From: an uncultured Actinomycetes bacterium
GTDB lineage: Bacteria > Actinomycetota > UBA4738 > JBBDTT01
Direction: 5' to 3'
Length of the DNA stretch: 64,000 nucleotides
NCBI GenBank assembly: GCA_963742735.1
Contig: CAVUMN010000004.1
Coordinates: 672,001 to 736,000, forward strand
Numbering within the stretch: the stretch's first letter is position 1; each line of letters begins with the position of its first letter. Shown here piece by piece: positions 55,958-64,000 of this stretch. The position numbers were made by a program, and so were the translations under genes. Under the pieces are notes generated by a model, which ran no database searches, was not told where the DNA came from, and saw only the letters and a list, made by a program, of their open reading frames with translations.

Positions 55958-57217
55958 CTAGACGTCCCCGGCCGCGCGGCGCGACTCCTCGGCCGCCCAC
56001 CGGAAGATCCCCTTCGCCATCGTGGATCGCTCGCCGGCCGTGCGGGCCTCGAACACCTCCGCGTGCGCGGCGAGGACCTCGGGATCGCGGGGCGCGGCCA
56101 GCCGGGCCGCCTCGGCCAGGTGGCCCGCCAGCCGGTGTTCGCCCGCCGCCGAGAGCTCCCGCGCCCGCGCGGCCAGGCGCCCGGCGCCGCCGGCCAGGGC
56201 CGCGAGCTCGCCGGCCAGGGCGTCTTCGGGCGCCGGCTTCAGGGTCGCCGGGTTGCCGTCGTACCACCCGCCGTACAGGCGCCACACGTTGCGGACGATG
56301 AACTCGGGCTCGTCGTACACGGGCTGGAGATACGGGAGGTTCGCCAGGCGGTCCGGGACCTCCACCGCGTGGATGGCGTCGTCCAGGCGGCCGCCGGCGT
56401 TCATCACCGACATCGTCTGGACGACGAGCGACTCGAGCAGCTCGGCGGTGTGGGACAGGGCGTCCCGGATGCGGTCGGCGCCGATGATCGGCCAGCCGTG
56501 TCCCGGCAGGAGGACCTCGGCCCCAAAGCTCGCCATCCGCCGCAGCGCCGCGGCCCAGTCGTCGGGGTAGCGCTGGACCTTCTGGGGATTGCCGGCGTTC
56601 GGCGTGCACCAGATGAACAGGTCGCCCGCGCACAGCACGCGTCGCTGCGGCAGCCACGTCCACGTGGCGTCGTCGGTCTCACCGCGCGCATGCCTGAGCT
56701 CCACGAGCTCGTTGCCGACCGAGACCGCGAGCGACTCGCGGTACGTCTCGTCGGGATACCGGTACTCGGTGGGCCACTCCAGCCCCGAGGCGGAGAACTG
56801 CCGGCGGTTGATGATCGCGTTGTAGCCGGCCGTGAACCGGTACCGGTCGAACCGCAGCGGCACGTTCTCGTGCGCCACCACGTTTGGTGGCGTCCATCGC
56901 TTCGCGCGCGCTTCCTCCTCGAACGGGCCCAGGCCGAAGACGTGGTCGATGTGGCCGTGCGAGAAGACCGCGGTGTGCAGGCGATCGGACGTCCACCCCC
57001 GCAGGGTCTGGTGAACCCAGCCGGCCGACGCCGGGTTGCCCGAGTCGACCAGGAGCAGGCCGCCCTCGGTGCTCACCGCGGTGACGTTGGCGAACGCGTG
57101 CAGGAAGGCCACGCCCCCGCTCACCTCGACGAGCTCGCCCGATCCGGCCAGCGGGTGCGCGTCGTCGACGCGAAGCTCTCCGCGCCAGGCCCGCTCCGCG
57201 TCCTCCAGAACGCCCAT
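55958..57217 (-). CDS. Alkyl sulfatase-like metallo-beta-lactamase
   Basis: SHGHIDHVFG, HARGETDD, AGD, PNAGNP.K..RY, LLPGHG, YGGWYDGNP dimerisation region. Confidence 0.88.
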   Translation of the reverse strand: MGVLEDAERAWRGELRVDDAHPLAGSGELVEVSGGVAFLHAFANVTAVSTEGGLLLVDSGNPASAGWVHQTLRGWTSDRLHTAVFSHGHIDHVFGLGPFEEEARAKRWTPPNVVAHENVPLRFDRYRFTAGYNAIINRRQFSASGLEWPTEYRYPDETYRESLAVSVGNELVELRHARGETDDATWTWLPQRRVLCAGDLFIWCTPNAGNPQKVQRYPDDWAAALRRMASFGAEVLLPGHGWPIIGADRIRDALSHTAELLESLVVQTMSVMNAGGRLDDAIHAVEVPDRLANLPYLQPVYDEPEFIVRNVWRLYGGWYDGNPATLKPAPEDALAGELAALAGGAGRLAARARELSAAGEHRLAGHLAEAARLAAPRDPEVLAAHAEVFEARTAGERSTMAKGIFRWAAEESRRAAGDV

Positions 57218-57225
57218 GCGTTCTT

Positions 57226-57993
57226 TTACCCCGAGCGCCGTCCGGCTGCCGCCGTCTCGCCGCGGAGGAACACCGACCGCAACAGGTCGTCGCGCCCCCG
57301 GAGCTTCGACGAGGGGCCGGAGAACCGGATCTCCCCGCGCTCCAGGAAGTAGGCGCGGCTCGCGACGTCCAGGGCCATGTCCACGTGCTGGTCGACCAGG
57401 AGCACCGAGAGTCCGTCGGCGTTGAAGCGTCGAAGGATCTCCAGGAGCTCCTCGACGACCTTCGGCGCGAGCCCCAGCGAGAGCTCGTCGACCAGGAGCA
57501 GGCGCGGGCGCATCACGAAGGACTTCGCCAGCGTGAGCATCTGCTGCTGTCCGCCCGACATGCTGCCGGCCGACTGCCGGCGCCGGTCGGCGAGCTGAGG
57601 GAAGTACTCGAAGACCTGCTCCACGGCCTGCCGCCGGGCGGCCTTGTCGCGGCCGAACAGGAAGCCGCCGAGCTCGAGGTTCTCCTGGACGGACAGGCCC
57701 GGGAACACCCCTCGTCCGCCCGGCATCTGCACGATGCCGGCGCGCACGATGTCGGCGGGGCGGACCCCCCGCAACGAGGCCCCCCGCCAGGTGACCTGGC
57801 CCGCCACCGGCTTCAGGATCCCCGAGACCACCCGCAGGATCGTGGTCTTTCCGGCGCCGTTCGTCCCCAGCAGGGCGACCATCTCTCCCTCCCGGACCTC
57901 CAGGTCGATGTCGAACAGGACCTGGACGGGGCCGTAGAAGGCCTGGACGTCGACGAGGCGAAGGACCGGCTCGGGGGCGGGGACGCGCGTCAT
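57226..57993 (-). CDS. LivF-like ABC ATP-binding protein
   Basis: GTNGAGKT, MSGGQQQML, VDELSLGLAP, LVDQ. Confidence 0.92.
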   Translation of the reverse strand: MTRVPAPEPVLRLVDVQAFYGPVQVLFDIDLEVREGEMVALLGTNGAGKTTILRVVSGILKPVAGQVTWRGASLRGVRPADIVRAGIVQMPGGRGVFPGLSVQENLELGGFLFGRDKAARRQAVEQVFEYFPQLADRRRQSAGSMSGGQQQMLTLAKSFVMRPRLLLVDELSLGLAPKVVEELLEILRRFNADGLSVLLVDQHVDMALDVASRAYFLERGEIRFSGPSSKLRGRDDLLRSVFLRGETAAAGRRSG

Positions 57994-58766
57994 CCGGCCC
58001 TCCGCGTCCGGCCCAGGTAGGACTCCAGGACCCGGTCGTTCGAGACGACCTCGTCCGGCGTCCCCTCGGCGATCACCCGGCCGAAGTCGAGCGCGATGAC
58101 CCGTTCGGAGACGGAGAGCAGCAGCCGCATGTCGTGCTCGATGAGCAGCAGGGCGCACCCCTGTTCGTCGCGGACCCGGGTCAGGAGCGGCCCGAGAGCC
58201 TCGACCTCCTTCTGGGCGATGCCGCTCGCCGGCTCGTCGAGGAGCAGGATCCGCGGCTCCAGGGACAGCACCGACGCGAGCTCCAGGAACCGCAGCGTTC
58301 CGTAGGAGAGCTGCGTGGGATAGGCGTCGCGCCACGGGCGGAGGTTCACGACGTCGAGCATCGCCTCGACCCGCTCGCGGGCCACCCGCTCGTCCCGCCG
58401 CCACGACGGCAGCCGCAGCATCGCCGAGAACGACCCGCCCGACAGGTGCCGGTGCTGCGCGACGACCAGGTTCTCGTAGACGGTCAGGTTCCGGAACAGA
58501 CGGACGTGCTGGAACGTCCGCCCCATCCCGGCGGCGACACGCTCGTAGGGCAGCAGGTGTCCGACGTCCTCACCGTCGAGCAGCACCTGTCCGGCGTCGG
58601 GCTTCAGGAACCCGCCGATCACGTTGAACAGCGTGGACTTGCCGGCGCCGTTCGGGCCCAGCAGCCCCACGATCTCGCCCGCCTCCACCTGGAGGTCCAC
58701 GCCCTCGAGCGCGGCGATGCCGCCGAAGCGCTTGCCCACCTGCCGGGTCTCGAGGAGGGGAGTCAT
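57990..58766 (-). CDS. LivG-like ABC ATP-binding protein
   Basis: KRFGG, GPNGAGKS, RTFQ, LSYG, LDEPASG, IEHDM, SYLG. Confidence 0.92.
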   Translation of the reverse strand: MTPLLETRQVGKRFGGIAALEGVDLQVEAGEIVGLLGPNGAGKSTLFNVIGGFLKPDAGQVLLDGEDVGHLLPYERVAAGMGRTFQHVRLFRNLTVYENLVVAQHRHLSGGSFSAMLRLPSWRRDERVARERVEAMLDVVNLRPWRDAYPTQLSYGTLRFLELASVLSLEPRILLLDEPASGIAQKEVEALGPLLTRVRDEQGCALLLIEHDMRLLLSVSERVIALDFGRVIAEGTPDEVVSNDRVLESYLGRTRRAG

Positions 58767-59869
58767 GACAGCGACAGCACCAGCCAGGCGATCGCCACGT
58801 TCGCCCCAAGGACCCCGGCCGCCACCGCGATCCCGAGCACCGGTCGCCGGCGGATCAGCTCGAGCTGCAGCTTGCCGATCTGCATGAGACCGCCCGGGCG
58901 GAACATCAGGAACAGGATCACGGTGAACCCGGTGTAGATCCCGAAGAACGCGAAGAAGAACTCCGCGCCCTGGAAGACCTGCTGCTGGATGACCAGGGCG
59001 ATCGCCCCGAGGAACGCGCCGAGCGCCCGGTCGATGCCGCCGATCGCCACCAGGGTGATCAGCACGATCGAGGTGACCTCGGCGAACGGCGGCCGGAACG
59101 CCGACGGGCTCGGGTTCAGCAGCAGCGCGGCCAGGAAGCCGCCGCCGATCGCCGCGATCATCCCCCCGATGACGAGCGCCACCAGCTTCGTCTTGTAGAC
59201 ATTGATCCCCAGGGCCTGGGCCTCGAGCTCGTTGTCGCGCACCGCGAGCATCGCGCGGCCGGTCCGCGAGGTCCGCAGCCCCTCGACCATCCACAGCAGC
59301 AGCAGGACGACGACCAGGCACAGCCCGTAGAACATTCGGTCCGAGGCGAAGTCGACCGGCCCGAGCCGCGGCCGTTCGATCAGCCAGCCGGTGTTGCCGC
59401 CGGTCACGTCGCCCCACTGGAAGAACGTCTCGCCGAGCGCGTTGGCCATGGTCAGCGTGGCGATCGCCAGGTACAGCCCCTTCAGGCGGATCGATGCCAC
59501 CCCGACGAGCACCGAGAACGGGATGGTCGCCGCCGCGCCGAGCAGGATGGCCAGCCAGAACGGCCACCCCCACGACGCCATGGCCAGGCCGGTGATCATC
59601 GCGCCGATCCCCGCGAACGAGTACGGCATCAGCGAGATCAGTCCCGCGTAGCCCGTGACGACGGTGACCGACAGCCCGAGCATCGCGTACACCAGGGCGT
59701 ACTGGCCGGCGAAGAACCCGAAGTCGCCGAAGGGGATCGGCAGGAGCGCCAGGAGTCCGAGCAGGCCGAGTCCGATCAGGCGGGCTCGCCGCCCGGAGCC
59801 GGTCACCGCGGAGGGCACGGGCGGCTCGGTCTCCGGAGCCCTGGGCCGGGCCTCGACGTCGACGGCCAT
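58763..59869 (-). CDS. LivM-like ABC permease
   Basis: GYAGLISL, RLKGLYLAIATL, SRTGRAMLAVRDNE, FRPGG. Confidence 0.9.
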   Translation of the reverse strand: MAVDVEARPRAPETEPPVPSAVTGSGRRARLIGLGLLGLLALLPIPFGDFGFFAGQYALVYAMLGLSVTVVTGYAGLISLMPYSFAGIGAMITGLAMASWGWPFWLAILLGAAATIPFSVLVGVASIRLKGLYLAIATLTMANALGETFFQWGDVTGGNTGWLIERPRLGPVDFASDRMFYGLCLVVVLLLLWMVEGLRTSRTGRAMLAVRDNELEAQALGINVYKTKLVALVIGGMIAAIGGGFLAALLLNPSPSAFRPPFAEVTSIVLITLVAIGGIDRALGAFLGAIALVIQQQVFQGAEFFFAFFGIYTGFTVILFLMFRPGGLMQIGKLQLELIRRRPVLGIAVAAGVLGANVAIAWLVLSLS

Positions 59870-60795
59870 CACAGCTCCAACGCCTCGAGCTCCTGCTTGG
59901 TCGCGAAGAACCGCTCGGTTCGCAACAGCAGGAGTCCGACGATGAGGATCGCGGCGATCGAGGAACGCAGGTCGCTCCACGGCTTCGGCGCCAGCACCAG
60001 GAGCTCGCGTGCGAGGCCGAAGACGAAGCCTCCCACCACGGCCATGGGGAGGTTGACCAGGCCGCCCACGAGGGCGGCGCCGAACGCCGGGATGAGGAGC
60101 GTCCCGAACGGCGTCAGGTCGAAGGTGGTGATCAGCCCGCCCTCCTCCCCGCCCGCATGGGGCAGGACCATCAGCAGCGCCAGCGCGGCCAGCGCCGATC
60201 CGATCCCCCACGCGATCGTGGAGTGACGGGCCTCGTCGATCCCGGCGAGGGCGGCGGCCTCCCGGTTCTGGGCCACGGCCCGCAGTGCGCGCCCGGTCAT
60301 GGACGCGCGGAACCAGACCAGGAAGCCGAACGCGACGCCCACCGCGGTGACCGCGGTGAAGATCTCCGTGGAGCGAACGTTGACGCCGCCGATGCGCAGG
60401 TCGCTCACGGGGAGCCAGGGCGGGATCGAGGTGAACGCCTCGAACCCCAGGATCATCTGGGCCAGGGAGGACAGCAGGGTGGCCATCCCGATGGAGATCA
60501 GGATCACGATCAGCTGGTTGGCGCGGTTCAGCCGGCGGAACACCAGGCGGTAGGCGAGCGCCCCGATCATCACGGCCACCCCGAGAGACAGGACCGCCGC
60601 CACGGCCGCCGGCATCCCGGTCTTCGCCAGGAGGGCATAGCCGACCATCGACAGCAGGCCGATGGCCCAGTGCGCGAAGTTCAACACGCCGGTGGTGCGG
60701 TAGATCAGGACCAGCCCCAGCGCGAGCAGCCCGAAGACGGCTCCGGCGGACAGGCCGAACACCGTGACCTCGATGACGGGGGCGGACGAGGTCAT
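59869..60795 (-). CDS. LivH-like ABC permease
   Basis: LALGLVLIYRTTGVLNFAH, GRALRAVAQN..AA.L.GI, AALVGG. Confidence 0.9.
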   Translation of the reverse strand: MTSSAPVIEVTVFGLSAGAVFGLLALGLVLIYRTTGVLNFAHWAIGLLSMVGYALLAKTGMPAAVAAVLSLGVAVMIGALAYRLVFRRLNRANQLIVILISIGMATLLSSLAQMILGFEAFTSIPPWLPVSDLRIGGVNVRSTEIFTAVTAVGVAFGFLVWFRASMTGRALRAVAQNREAAALAGIDEARHSTIAWGIGSALAALALLMVLPHAGGEEGGLITTFDLTPFGTLLIPAFGAALVGGLVNLPMAVVGGFVFGLARELLVLAPKPWSDLRSSIAAILIVGLLLLRTERFFATKQELEALEL

Positions 60796-62192
60796 GTCTT
60801 CACGAACGCTCGATACAGCCAGTCGATCGAACGGAACGGACGCGTTCGCTGGAGCCGGCGACCCCACGGGAAGCGGCCGATCCAGCGGAACAGCAGGAGG
60901 AGCGCGACGAGCAGGCCCGCGGCGAGCGTGGCGGGGACCACCCACCGGCCGGTCTCGACGCGGGACACCGCGAACTCGGGCTCGGGCGGCGCCGCCACCG
61001 GGGTCGCCGACGGCGAGGGGCTCGTCGACGGCGTCGGCAGGCTGATGCCTGGGCCGATGGGCCCCGTGTCGATCCCGCCCGGATCCACGATCGGGCCCGG
61101 CGTCACCCGGTCCCGGCCCATCGTGGCGTGGAGCTCGGCCCCGCCGAACAGCACGGTCTGGTTGGGCACGGCGAGGTACAGGCCCGCCGCGACGACGTCG
61201 AGGCCTCCACCGTCGTCGGCGGCCTTCACGAACGGCGCGGCCAGGCCGACCTGCATCCCGCCGACCTCGATGGGCTGGCCGGGAGCCAGCGCGATGGGCT
61301 CGCCGCCCAGTCGCACGCCGACGGCCGCGGTCGTGACGGAGTACCCGAGCCCCTCAGGGGTCCCGTCCGAGGAGAACGACACCGTGGTCTCCAACAGGTC
61401 CATGGTGAGCTCGCCCCCGGCCCACACCGCGTCGTGGAGCGAGCTGTGCACCAGCCCGTGGACCCTGCCGCCGCGCTCGAACAGGTGCACGACGGTCCGG
61501 CCCTCCTCGGACTCGGCGCCCACGGCGATGCCGCCGAACGTGCACTCGCCCTCGCGACACTCGGCCAGGTGATAGGTCTCCGGCGTCTCCGCCGACCGGG
61601 ACAGATAGTGCGCGTACTCCTCCGGGTTGTCGGCCGGGGCACAGCGCTCCTCGTACACCGCTCGGTTGGGGCTGAACGCGTCGGACTCCGTGTGCATCGA
61701 CGGCTCCTGACGCCCGGAGAGGTCGACGTAGGAGTCGGTGGCCAGGCCGCCCGCCTCGAAGACGCCGCCGAGGTTGCTGAGGGTGCCGAGGGAGAGCTGC
61801 TCGTTCAGCGTGATGGGGCTGGCCAGGGGCGGCCGCTCCGCGGAGCCCGCGTCGTCGCCCGATCCGCCCGTCGCCGGCTCGACGCCGGCGAACGGCTCCG
61901 GCTCCGGCGCCTCCTCGCCCTTGCCGAGGGCGACCGCCGGCGGGCAGTTCGGCGCGTGGTCGTAGGCGGCGTCGTCGCAGCGGTAGGGGTCCGTCTCGGG
62001 GTCGCAGGGCTGGGCCGTCTGGGCCGCCTCGATCACCTCTCCGGACAGCGAGACCCGATAGGCGTACGCGCGGGCCTCCCGGATCGAGAACGTGAGGACG
62101 GTCTGCGTCGCCGCGGCGGCGGGCGTCGCGCCGAGCAGCGGCGCGACCAGGCAGGCGGCGACGGCCAGCCGGGCGAGCGCGGGAGCTCTCAC
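60792..62192 (-). CDS. Exported, C-terminally membrane-anchored hypothetical protein
   Basis: GTG overlaps the upstream stop; signal peptide, six Cys in the mature part, Pro/Ser/Thr linker, one TM, basic tail. Confidence 0.7.
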   Translation of the reverse strand: MRAPALARLAVAACLVAPLLGATPAAAATQTVLTFSIREARAYAYRVSLSGEVIEAAQTAQPCDPETDPYRCDDAAYDHAPNCPPAVALGKGEEAPEPEPFAGVEPATGGSGDDAGSAERPPLASPITLNEQLSLGTLSNLGGVFEAGGLATDSYVDLSGRQEPSMHTESDAFSPNRAVYEERCAPADNPEEYAHYLSRSAETPETYHLAECREGECTFGGIAVGAESEEGRTVVHLFERGGRVHGLVHSSLHDAVWAGGELTMDLLETTVSFSSDGTPEGLGYSVTTAAVGVRLGGEPIALAPGQPIEVGGMQVGLAAPFVKAADDGGGLDVVAAGLYLAVPNQTVLFGGAELHATMGRDRVTPGPIVDPGGIDTGPIGPGISLPTPSTSPSPSATPVAAPPEPEFAVSRVETGRWVVPATLAAGLLVALLLLFRWIGRFPWGRRLQRTRPFRSIDWLYRAFVKT

Positions 62193-63658
62193 AGGCGCGT
62201 GAGGGACTCGGGGACGCCGACGTCGTCGATCGTGATGAAGTCCCCGGTCAGGTCGTCGAACCAGGGCGAGCGGCCGGTGAAGCGGATCATCCACATGGCC
62301 TTGGCGCCGAAGTGGTCGCCGTCGCTCAGGTTGAGGATGGGCCCGATACCACTCGACCAGTTCCGGAGGTTGCCCACCGTCTCGGCGAAGGCCTCGCGCG
62401 AGAGCTCCGGTCCGGTCATGGCGAGCCACAGGGCGATGCCGGAGGTGATCGCGGCCGGCCCGTAGGTCACGGCGTCCTCGGGCTCGCCGCGCAGGTAGGT
62501 GTTCCGGAGGTCGCGGAGGTTCTTCACCGAGGGGTACTTGTTCTCGTCGGCCCACGGGATGCAGGGCAGCGTGGAGCAGTCGGTGATCATCCCCTCGCAC
62601 GCGGTCGTGCAGACCTCGGCGAGCGCCGTGACCCAGCAGGACGGCACGGTGCACGCCCACTGGACGCCGGCGTCCGCGCCGCGCCATCCCTGCCGGCGGG
62701 CCTCCATGGCTCCGAACACGCCCTGGAGGGCGTCGAGGGCGAGCACCGCGTCCGGGGCCTGGCCGTTGTAGCAGGTCCGCAGGCGGGCGATCTCCGAGCG
62801 CATCCCGTTCGGCGCCTCCTGCGAGCGCTTGAGGACCACGCAGTCCTCGGGGATGGGCCGGCCGAAGTGCTCGGCGATGTTCATGGCGACCTGGACGATG
62901 GTGTCGCGGGCGTACGGGTCGGCCAGGATGCCGATCCGCTGGCGGCCCAGCTCGTTGAGCAGGTATCCCATGTGGATCGCGACCTGCGTGTAGGGGTCGA
63001 TGCCGGGTGAGAAGTTCCACGGCGCGAGCGACGGCACCGGCATCTCGCCGTAGTGGCACCAGATCGCGGGGACCGCCTTCGAGTTCTGGTACTGGGTGGC
63101 CGGCCCCATCAGCGAGGTCTGCAGGTAGCAGTCACGAACCAGGAACACGTTCTCGACGTCGATGAGCCGCCGCATGCCCGCCAGGGCCTCCTCGGGCGTG
63201 GAGGACTGGAGCGAGAAGATCTTCAGGGAGACCTTCCGTCCGTAGATCCCCGGCCGCCCCGGACATCCCCAGTTGACGTGGGCCAGGTGGCCGTCGAAGT
63301 GATCGACCTTGTTCAGGTAGTCGACGGTGACCCGCATCACCCTGGCCGTCTGCTCGCCGAGCGGCCGGAGGGCGCCGGTCAGGGGCAGGATCGTCCCGAG
63401 CTCGATCGCGTCGGCGGTGAATCCCTCCTCGGGGTTCGAGTTCGTCGCGCACTTCGCGTTGGCGCCGGCTCCGCCCGTCGGCGTCGCGCCCGGCTCCCCG
63501 AGGTTCACGCCCTCGTTGCCCTCCGCGGTGGCCGGGGTGGGGGAGGTCCCGGGCGGCAGCGGCGCCCCCGCCACCGTGGTGACCTCCAGGCCGTGCCCGC
63601 CGCAGGCCGCCGCGAGCAGGGCCCACGTGAGGAGCAGGACCCACCGCGGGCGCCTCAC
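62189..63658 (-). CDS. ABC substrate-binding lipoprotein (LivJ/K-like class I), Cys-rich
   Basis: Lipobox LAAAC; EGFTADAIELGTILPLTG, GIYGRKV, GPELSRE; 12 Cys after the lipobox. Confidence 0.8.
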   Translation of the reverse strand: MRRPRWVLLLTWALLAAACGGHGLEVTTVAGAPLPPGTSPTPATAEGNEGVNLGEPGATPTGGAGANAKCATNSNPEEGFTADAIELGTILPLTGALRPLGEQTARVMRVTVDYLNKVDHFDGHLAHVNWGCPGRPGIYGRKVSLKIFSLQSSTPEEALAGMRRLIDVENVFLVRDCYLQTSLMGPATQYQNSKAVPAIWCHYGEMPVPSLAPWNFSPGIDPYTQVAIHMGYLLNELGRQRIGILADPYARDTIVQVAMNIAEHFGRPIPEDCVVLKRSQEAPNGMRSEIARLRTCYNGQAPDAVLALDALQGVFGAMEARRQGWRGADAGVQWACTVPSCWVTALAEVCTTACEGMITDCSTLPCIPWADENKYPSVKNLRDLRNTYLRGEPEDAVTYGPAAITSGIALWLAMTGPELSREAFAETVGNLRNWSSGIGPILNLSDGDHFGAKAMWMIRFTGRSPWFDDLTGDFITIDDVGVPESLTRL

Positions 63659-64000
63659 GACCGGGCCTCCCGGCGAAGGTCGAGCTCGCGGAGGAGGCCG
63701 GCGAGGACGCCGATCCCCACGACCACCGCCCCGACCAGCATCAGCCACGCCCCCCAGCCGAAGCCGGCGTGGAACTCCACGAACTCAGGCGAGGGCCGCT
63801 CCCGGGCGACCAGGCCCGCCGCGCGGGCGTCCAGCACCCGCAGGCGCCAGACGACCAGCCCGATCCCGGCGGCGGCGGCGGCCACCGGGGCGGCCGTGGC
63901 CAGACGCGACCGGGCCAGCCAGCCGAGGGACGCCACCAGGGTCACGGCGCCGACGATCGCGATGAGCCACCCCGTTCGGCTCGCGTAGCCGTAGCTCCGA
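63655..64000 (-). CDS. Membrane protein, C-terminal part only
   Basis: Frame is open to the window edge; about 3 hydrophobic segments, GFGWGAWL; stop overlaps the binding-protein start. Confidence 0.6.
   Translation of the reverse strand, partial: RSYGYASRTGWLIAIVGAVTLVASLGWLARSRLATAAPVAAAAAGIGLVVWRLRVLDARAAGLVARERPSPEFVEFHAGFGWGAWLMLVGAVVVGIGVLAGLLRELDLRREARS

Noticed and set aside
1-64000. tRNA, rRNA, CRISPR arrays, IS elements
   Set aside because: Intergenic gaps are nearly all under 110 nt; no cloverleaf, repeat-spacer array, transposase or terminal inverted repeats seen

Overview
A very GC-rich, densely coding 64 kb chromosomal segment. Gene content and promoter style point to an Actinomycetota genome, probably an uncultured lineage (this is inference). 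I found about 58 genes and no rRNA, tRNA, CRISPR array, integrase or transposase. Main blocks: (1) 0-8 kb, catabolic genes including an APH-kinase/HAD/acyl-CoA dehydrogenase trio with the ACAD10 domain set; (2) 8-20.7 kb, a caa3-type cytochrome c oxidase cluster with heme O/A synthases, ResB/ResC, CtaG, a TlpA and a double-cupredoxin membrane protein; (3) 21.7-29.6 kb, a cyanophycin locus. This is the best candidate for an undescribed system: cphB-cphA1 faces a second CphA-derived gene that keeps a degenerate N domain and an intact Mur-ligase (M) domain but has no ATP-grasp domain, and that gene shares overlapping -10 boxes with an M20 peptidase followed by an atypical HemK-like methyltransferase; (4) 34-40 kb, general-stress genes (topoisomerase IB, YihY, hemerythrin) with SigF/SigB-like promoters, plus trpS; (5) 41-56 kb, secreted hydrolases and a USP-USP-Rieske fusion; (6) 57-64 kb, a Liv-type ABC transporter with a Cys-rich binding lipoprotein and an extra membrane-anchored protein. 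About 17 genes have a TANNNT box 6-9 nt before the start codon, suggesting leaderless transcription. Three genes (topo IB, trpS, penicillin acylase) are broken by +1 insertions that look like sequencing errors. All calls come from motif recognition by eye; no database searches were run.
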